Part shown: in pieces, positions 55,361 through 64,000 of the stretch | Position numbering within the stretch: position 1 is the stretch's first letter | How the letters are laid out: each line of letters begins with the position of its first letter | Source of the DNA: the human T2T-CHM13v2.0 reference genome, Homo sapiens | DNA length: 64,000 nucleotides | Reading direction: 5' to 3' (one strand) | Assembly (NCBI RefSeq): GCF_009914755.1 | Contig: NC_060930.1 | Made by a program: the position numbers and the translations under genes | Notes under the pieces: generated by a model | Told to the model about the DNA's origin: nothing | What the model saw: the letters and a program-made list of their open reading frames with translations, nothing else | The model's database searches: none

Positions 55361-57409
55361 ACTTTAGAGACATGCTCTCATCTTGCTCCAGTGATAGACA
55401 CTGAGCACCCAGTGTGCAGCAAGCAGTGGGTTGTATGCTGGAAATATAAAGAAGAATGAAGCCACGCACTTTGCAGGGGCATAGCACATCATCTTCAGCG
55501 GAATGCTAAGGAGGTTCCAAAATGACTTAATTGAAAGCACTGCATAAATGCATGACATTAGGCTGGCAATAGTTTCCTGCCAATATATGAAGTGCTAAGA
55601 ATCAATAGAAAGAAGTATATGGTTATAAAAAAGAAATGAGCAGAGCCATAGAAAGGCTAATGGAAAGCATGGAATGTTAAGAAGCTGGCAGATTTATTTA
55701 TGTGAGTTTGGAAGATGTTACTCTAGCAGTTTTTGGCTGATTTTGGTGATTGATATTATACCTAAAGTAGCTGAGTTACTCCGATTAACATCACTTGTTT
55801 TATTTAAAATCACGCTAACTCAGAGAACCTTACTGTTAATACACCTGAAGGTATACACCTATTTATGTTGGATGTAAGATGTTACAGAGTCAGAGGAAAC
55901 AAATAAAACAAGGGCAATGTTATGTGGTTTCAACACCAGTCATCTGTATATTGCACATGATATTGTGCCCAGGGGGTTAGTGATGATATGTGCAGGACAC
56001 ATAGGGCAAACGCTTTCATGGGAGGGTCATTAGAATCAAGACAAGGATGAACCGCATTAAAAGGGTAATGGCTCAGTATTAAGGAGTAGAGAAGAGTGGA
56101 TACTGAACATTGGTTTTTATTGAGCAAAATGAGTTATTCTTAGTTGACCCAGCTCTTAGGTTTATAGACCAAATCAAGAATGTTATACTAATATTGATTT
56201 TCTTATATGATCTTTTGAATTTAATCCATAATATTTTGTCTTGGCATTGGTAACCTCTAAAGTGTACCATTCTGCTTTCTGAATCGCCTTGACATTTTTC
56301 ATCACCAAATACTTTTTTACTGTTTTAATGGAGTTATGGCAGTGAAATTAGAAAACTAAAAGATTTTGGGAACAGTCAATAATTAAGCAATACTGTTTAT
56401 TTTGGTCTTACTTGAAATAGATGGACAGGGAGGAGAAAGAGACTTGTGTCTCTTATGGCCCTCTAGCTTCATACCTATCCCATTTCATCTGAGTAGCCTT
56501 GATGACCATTTTGCAGATAAGGACATCGTGATTTTTTAAGAGGTTGAATGAATTTGCTAGTCAAGATGCAGTCAGAATTTGAGCCCAGGACTGTTTCTTT
56601 CAAAACTCCTTTATTTTGCTGGAGTGTGCTGCTTCTTCCAGTTTGAAATGACTGAACTGTAATGACCAGCTAGATTATAAAACATGAAGTGGGAAAGTTG
56701 TGGTTATTTTCTGACTTACTTATTTTGAGCAATGCTATCATATTAAGTAGATATTTTAGATAGTATGGACATGTCTGAGGAACCTCCTACCTTGCCGGAC
56801 ACTGAGGATTTATTCACCTTGAGCAGAGGCAGGCAGGTGTCTTTCTGAATTGGTGGTGGCTGAGTATAATTGAGTTTCCTACACTTTAAAAACTGTACTC
56901 CGGCCACTGTTTTGATTCTCTTGTTTGACTGGCCTGTTTGTATTTTGGGCAGTCGCTAGCCAGGTGTTAGACCTATAATTTACCATGTAATTCTCTATTG
57001 ACTTGAGCTCTGCCGTTGTGCACTTTGTACATCATCTACCATCTACTGCATCATCCCTGTTTGCTTCAGGCTCTCCCAGTGTGACTCATCATTAAATATC
57101 CAGTTGGAACCTCAGCCTCTTCCAGGAATGCCTCCTCTGGCATCCTCTACATGTGCTGTTCTTCCTCCTAAACCTCCAAGGGACTTGATGCCTGTCCTCT
57201 TGTTAATCATATGCTCTTTTGGAAATGTATTTATGTTTCCCTATGAATATGGTGGCCCTCTGGCTTCATACATTTAAAATGTTTGTGGTCAGGGATGATG
57301 ATGATTTAAACAACAGTATTTTGGAAAGTAGGACTTTTTTTAAAAGTCCTCTCGCATTATCACTTAGTGTACAGCAACTATTGTAGTAAAACTACTTGGC
57401 AGTGTAGCG

Positions 57410-57800
57410 GTAAAATAGTTTAATCACAGTGGTACAAAGGGTGCAGGGAGTATGGCACTCGTACATTGTTGATGGGAGTCCTAACTGGCGCACTCCCTCT
57501 TAGGAGATCCATTTGGCCCTATCTGTTAAAATGTAAAACGCACAAACCATTTGACTAGCAATTCAGCTTTCAGAAATTTATTCTAAAAATGCTTGCTTCT
57601 GTATGAAAAGACATAAGTATTTCCTTTATAGAGTTACTGATTTTAGCAAAATATTGGAAACAAATGTTCATCAGTAAGGAAACAGCTAAGTAAACATGGG
57701 CTTTTGTATGATGGAATACTTGGCACCATTGAAAAGAATGAGGTAGATCGCTATGCACTACTGTACTGCTGTGGAAGGTCATGAGTATTAATTCTTACCA
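57410..57800 (+). mobile_element. L1ME-like 3' fragment
   Basis: CATTTGACTAGCAATTC...ATTGGAAACAAATGTTCATCAGTAAGG...ATGGAATACT. Confidence 0.65.
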
Positions 57801-59373
57801 GACAAGAAGAGGTGCACAGCAGTTTGCTAATGTTTGTTTGAAAATCAAGTGTGGTGGAAGATGGGCATGTATACTTATACATACAAGATGATGATGTAAA
57901 TTGTGAAATATGTAATAGTTTTGGGGATTTAGTTTAAAAATTATGATTTTATTCTCCTCTGTAATATTTCCCCATTTGTCTTTAACATAAAATAATTATA
58001 AATCACTTAATATCAGGAAAACAATCCAAAAATATTATCTCTCCAGGAATAAAAATATTATTCTGTCAAAATGTGTAGTCTTGGCATATCAGCCATGTTT
58101 ATCTTGGGGCAGTGTAGAACAACTGCTTCCCAGCTCCATGTGTAGGCAAGCCCTGTTTTGAGAAGCAAAGCTTTCTATCCATAAATTAAGGTTGGGATCT
58201 GATATTTTGATGGTTTCTATGATGGTTTGATGGTTTCTTTTAAGTTGATGAAACTGAATTTGGCTTCTAAGGTGTGTCACCATCTCTTGACATTTGACCT
58301 GTGAAAGCATTAGTTCCCTGACAGCGTATGACTGTACTCTAGAAAGGTGTTGTCTGAATTTTTACTTCCCAATCAGTATTCTCACTTCAGGATTTTCATT
58401 GCTTTAAGTGACTCTTGTATTTACAAAGCCCATATCCGTTTCAATTCTGCTCCCATCTGATTCTTTGTGATCTGTTTAGCAGCCCAGGCCTGAAAGAGGA
58501 ACAAACAGAGAGGGAAATGAGAATAAGAAATGAATTAAGTGCCAGGGAGGGACCCAGAGTTAACTGTACAGGCGCTTTATATTGATGTTTCTTCTTCAGT
58601 ATTGAAAGCTTACTATATTGATGGACTCTTTTTCATCTTGGTATCTTGCACTTACATATTGATGTTATTTGTTTTTTTACCAATATTGAAATGTAGAATT
58701 GATTAGTTAGACTTATCATTCAGATAGAAACTGTTTCAAGCTCTTTTTTTGGGAACAAATATTCTTAGGTGAATATTAACATGTTATTGAGCAATTAGCA
58801 ATTAGTTGTAATGTAAATCAGTTTTCTGTAATACTTTATCACTGCTGTTTGGTGAAATCAAGTTTTATTGGATGATTCAGTGTGTAAGAGTGTCATAAAT
58901 GAGTTTTTCACTATTACTGGAGATTTAAGTTTTTGGAGAAATTGTGTGACCAGTAATCAAAAGGTATAAAACATTTAGCCAATTGGAAAGTGAAAAATTA
59001 TTAACATTTGATATGTAAACATAGGCCTCATTTTAATTTAGTCATATTGTCAAGTAGCAGGACGATATGTGTAGTAGATAGTGATACCTGTGCTTTTAAT
59101 TCCGTTCTTTTTGTACGTCTGAGTTGGATATTTTGCTTTGTATAGAGGGGAAGAGAGAGGAATAGATTTTATTGTTAAGCCTGTGCTGAATCTGAGGTGC
59201 CTCCCCACTTGCCCACTGTCTTTCTAGTGCAGACTCAGAGGAGCAGTGGACCTGTTTCTTCAGCACAGAGCTCTCTTAAGACTTAATAGGAAAATTTGCA
59301 GAGGTATAAATCTAGTGGAACCATTAATTCTCAGCTGGATTTTTTCCTATTGTGTTTTATTTTTATTTTTCAG

Positions 59374-59405
59374 ATACTAAAAGTATCTGACAAATAAACT
59401 GAAAG
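59374..59405 (+). other. Candidate 32-nt non-coding exon
   Basis: ttttatttttcag|ATAC...AAG|gtaaga; no transcript evidence. Confidence 0.25.
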
Positions 59406-59681
59406 GTAAGATTGGCTTTTGGTAAAAACAGAAAGGAGAAAAAAAAAACCTTAGTTCTAAATATATCACTTCAGGGTTATAAAATAAGACAGCCTTTTTT
59501 TCTGGAAGAACAGAGACATGGCAGTCTGATGGATTTTAAAAGTCTCGGTGACTTTATTTTATACCCATATAAACTAGAAGCTATGAGTCTTTTCAAAGTG
59601 TTTCTAAAACCAAAGACTTTTCTTTACATATGTGGATCTCATAAACCTATGGTCAGATAACCTATTTTCAAAAGTCCAGAT

Positions 59682-59952
59682 TTTTTAAAATTTATTTTTA
59701 ATTTTTAATTTTAAAAATTATGGGTACATAGTAGGTGTTTATATTTATGGGGTACATGAGATGTTTTGATACAGGCATGCAATGTGAAATAAGCACAGCA
59801 TGGAGAATGGGGTATGCATCCCCTCAATCATTTATCCTTGAGTTACAAACAATCCAATTACACCCTTTATTTTAAAATGTACAATTGTTACTGACTATAT
59901 TCACCCTATTGTGCTATCAAATAGTAGGTCTTATTCATTCTTCCTATTTTTT
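59682..59952 (-). mobile_element. L1MA 3' end
   Basis: GGGTACATAGTAGGTGTTTATATTTATGGGGTACATGAGATGTTTTGATACAGGCATGCAATG; CAGATT on both flanks. Confidence 0.88.
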
Positions 59953-60343
59953 CAGATTAGTTTTTGAAAGAAAATATATGCGTGTGTTTCCTCATGCACT
60001 GCAGATATTTCCCACAATTTCTTTTTCACCCTTGCAAGTTTTTGATGTTTGTAAACATCAGAAGTTTTAAATTTTCATGTGGTCAAATGTATGTATCTTT
60101 CATTTGGTTTTGTTTACTTCTTTTAAATTTCTTTTGTAAAACAGTCATTCCTCACACAAAATCAGTTAAAGAATTACCAGTATTTTTTATTTGTTTTTCT
60201 TTTTAAACAGGTAACAAAACTCTGTATATTCTATTTTGGCACATGACAGGAAGTAAATATCACTTCTTTTTTTTTTTTACCCAAATAGTTTTTCAACACT
60301 ATTTTGTATGTAATTTATTCCTTCTACATTGGTTTATGAGATT

Positions 60344-60402
60344 ATATATGTATGTGTGTGTGTATGTGTAAATATATATGTAATATGTATATATATATAT
60401 AT
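60344..60402. repeat. (TA)/(TG) compound microsatellite
   Basis: Direct reading. Confidence 0.85.
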
Positions 60403-62632
60403 GGAGAGTGAGAAAGAATTAAAATATCAGAGTTTGTTTGCTGTGTCAAGTCTTGTGTTAGTTTTCATTATTGTGGCTCTCATTGTCCTTTTTAAGAAAA
60501 ATTCCTGGCTCCTGTCAATTGTTTAATCTTTCAAACGAACTTGGGAATCATTTTCACAAGTCGTTCCCCTTATTTTCCTCTTTCTTCTGCAGACCTTTTC
60601 ACTGTGAATTCCAGGAAAATAATTTGGGTAGAGCGGCATTTTATACTATTCAATCTTCACATAGAAGGAATATCTCCTTTTTAAATTCCAATTTTCTTTT
60701 GTGGTTTCTTATAAAGTCTTGTGACTTGTTTCACATAGGCCCCTTTATGTATTTGTTATTGTAAAGGATGTTTTTCATTATTCGCTATTTACTGTTGGTA
60801 ATTGCTGGGATTTAAGCTGTTGATTTCTCAAAATTGTAAGTTAATTCCCTTCACCAAGCTTTTATTTGTTCTAATAGTTCATGAGTTCATTCACTTGAGC
60901 ATTCAGGATATACCATTGTGTTGTGGCCAAAAACAGTATGTTGGTTTCTTCCTTCTAGTGGTCACATTCCATTACTGCCTGTCTAATGTTCTTACGTTGG
61001 CTAAAATCCTATAAATTTTAGAAATGATTGGCTGTAAAGTGCCTATTTGCTGTTAGGAGTGATTTTGTAACTCATCCAGAGACCACAAATTACTGTGAAG
61101 AAAGGCTTCTGGGAAAGCATCAAGTTTAGGTGGTAATGCCATCTTTTCATATTTTTGGTAGAACAATTAGACTTTTAGGGAAAATCTATTAAAATAGTAG
61201 ATTTGAAAACTTAAAGCAGATTTTAAAATAGATAATTGTATATTTTTGTCCTTTTTCTGTTTCTGGATGGAAACTTGGTGATATTGAGAAAGAGAAACAT
61301 AGAATGAAAAAATAATGAGTTCACTGATTCAAAAGTAAAACCCAACTTTTATGGATGTTGTTTTAATAGACCTATAGATTATATAGAATAAAATAGTTTG
61401 GATTTTTTCCACTAGATTCAGGTAGAGTTATCTTTTTAAAAAATTATTCATGTGAATTTCCTACTAACTAACTTGCTCTCACGATGTGCTGTTTTTCATT
61501 TCCTGAATTGTGTATTGTGCTTTTGTTTTTACTAAAGCTGAAAACATCTATCTGTTTGCTCTCTGGGTGTGTTTTCGTCTCCCTTTCTGTACTGTTTCTT
61601 GGATGCAGGTGTGTCGTCTTTCTTTTCTCCTCAGCAGTCTTTTGCAAAGCCTTTCAAATGCCCCACAGTCCTGAGCAGAGTTCATATGGAACGTGGCCTT
61701 GTCCAGGTTGCCTTGACCGCAGTGACTTTCCTCATGCTCTTTCCTCTGCTCTAAAATGCTCTCCCTTTTCCCCACCCACCCAACCCACCTGCACAGAAGT
61801 TTACCTCTTTGATAGAACTCTCTGATTATCTCAGGTATGAGTTCTTGGATTTGCAGGGCACTTCATGGCATTCTCTATGGCATTTAGTAGTCTGTAGCTT
61901 TCATTCTGTGTATGTGAGACGTGTTTACAGTTTGGCACAGTTTTCATGGCTATATCACATTCTCCGTGAATCTGCAGTGCTTAGCATCACCCTTGTTTGT
62001 TGAACGAGTGAGTGCAGGGCTGCTGTACTTTGGTGCTCAGTGCCTTGGAACATGCAGTTTTCTTGCGATTTTCCTGTACAGTCCCCAGATTTACTAGCCT
62101 TCCCTCAATATACTGTTATTTTCAAGAATATATTAACGACTGTCAAGATATGTACAGGTATATGCTTTTTGTTTTTATGGGTGTCATATGTGGCTATTGG
62201 TGAAAACGAGTTGAAACTAAAGTTTATATTTTTATATGGCTTTTTCATTTCAAACATTAAAAAACATTAAAAATACACCAAAAGGATCAGAAAAAATGCA
62301 AGATGATAAAAATACAACTGTGGCCAAAGCCAGGACTTTGTGTCCAGTGGCATGGCTATACTACTCTGTCAGTATTTTATGTCCTCTAATGAAAAATATT
62401 GTACCCTAGTGCCAATGTGTAATGTTTTAGACACTGTCATGTAACTGGGAAAGTGTTATCTCAGTAACAAACAATTTTACCTAGTAAATATTCCTAATTG
62501 GCTCAAAGATAACTATATTTAAAATCATGTTTAATAATATCAGTGATAATGTCAAAAATGAAATCAGGGCAAGTTAGCAAATTTTTTGTTTATCGTGCAT
62601 ACCAAAAATTAATTCACAAACCAGGAGACTTC

Positions 62633-62933
62633 TTTTTTTTTTTTTGAGACGGAGTCTCACCTTGTCAGCCAGGTTGGAGTGCAGTGGTAGAAACACAGCT
62701 CACTGCAGCCTTGACCTCCTGGGCTCAAGTGATCCTCTTTCCTCAGCTGGCAGTAGCTGGGACCACAGGTGCATGCTACCTTGCCTGGCTACTTTTTATA
62801 TATTTATATTTTTTGTAGAGATGGTGTCTCGCTATGTTGCCCAAGCTGGTCTCAAACTCCTGAGCTCAAGCAATCCACCCACCTTGACCTGCCACAGTGG
62901 TGGGATTACAGGCATGAGCCATAGCACCTGGCC
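62633..62933 (-). mobile_element. AluJ
   Basis: Antisense Alu. TSD AAACCAGGAG(A/T)CTTC at 62618-62632 and 62934-62948. Confidence 0.93.
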
Positions 62934-64000
62934 AAACCAGGAGTCTTCAAACAGATAGTGGTAAGAAGCTTGGCTCACAGCAACTTATAAAGCATAAATG
63001 AAGAAGTACATTAATCTCTGTTGCTGTTATTATAATCTTACATTCCTTTCAGGGCAAGCAGAGCTGTAAAAGCTTATTTGCTTGTAGATGGTTGGTTCAC
63101 TTTTATCATGCTGACAAGGACAGAGAGCTTAAGTTTCGTTTATGGCCAGAGCCAGCATTTTAGAGAAGTCAGGATAGCTGAAGTTTCTCTTATGTGGCTA
63201 TGGGTGGTTGGCCTAAGGATATGCCCACACTGTGGCCTCCGTTTGATTTTTCTTTAACAATAACGATATTAATAGCAACCAAATACTGACTGAGTTCTTA
63301 TTAGGTGCCTTTCACATCTACTTATCACAGTGACCCAGAATTGATGTTGAGTCTGCTTTGCTATGCATTTGCTATGCAATGATGAGGCCATACTTTGTGA
63401 TAAGGTAGCAACTAGTCACCTGTGAGATGTTTTTCCACATGGCTTTGCCTCTGTCCAATACCCCACATGTCCAGGAAGCAGGCTTTGTTACATGACTTGG
63501 AGCATCAGCATGTGTTCAGAAGGATGCGTGCGTATACCCTAGAAATAGCTCAAGTTTATTGATTATTTATTAGGTCAAGTAGAAAATTCTAACTAAAGTC
63601 TACTCTTGGTGAAAGGTTAATCCTACTGTGTTTTCATTCCTAAGGTCTCAGAATACTTTTGTAAGAATAATCACCTTTTTTCTCTGATCTTCATGTAAAT
63701 ACACGAGCCCGTAAAGTTTGAAGTGATTTTCCTTAAAAATCAATCAGAATTTTCTGGTTTTTTAAAAAATCATTTTTAGCCTACGTTTTCCTAATATTAG
63801 GAATGTTAGAGCATCAACAGTGCCATAGGTGATACAGAATAAATGCAAAGATGGAAGTAGGTCTCAGGAAATGGCTATATTAAGGTTTCCGCTTCTTTCA
63901 GTAGGAACTCTGGGAGCTCCCTTTTGTTTCCAGTCAAGGCTAAGCCATCTTCTGCCCTTCTGCCTGGGTGCTGCTATGGTTGTAAATGAATTGGCTGTTG

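Noticed and set aside
61635-61834. 200-nt exon-like segment (NAGNAG acceptor, CAG|gtatga)
   Set aside because: Overlaps L2-like pyrimidine-rich sequence, and the frames examined contain stops; weak support

Overview
Primate (human-like) non-coding DNA. It is CpG-depleted and rich in AluJ/S/Y, THE1, L1PA, MER and MLT elements, and looks like the interior of a long intron or an intergenic region. I recognise no protein-coding gene, RNA gene, processed pseudogene or CpG island. The listed ORFs are Alu/L1/LTR-derived or chance ORFs, many with GTG/TTG starts. Best-supported content: about 15 Alu insertions (many with target-site duplications, TSDs), solo LTRs with exact TSDs (MER51, a MER83/84-like LTR, THE1) and old L1/L2/MIR/MER5 relics. 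Notable structures are nested insertions: Alu-in-Alu at 6.2-6.8 kb, AluY-in-L1MB-in-MIR at 19.2-20.4 kb and a multi-layer LTR/Alu nest at 39.6-43.2 kb. There are also three short + strand exon candidates; the best is an 18-nt microexon or ATG-bearing exon at 39192-39209 with downstream QKI and RBFOX motifs. Repeat subfamily names come from recalled consensus features, not a database search, and boundaries of old elements are approximate. I found no evidence of a new biological system.
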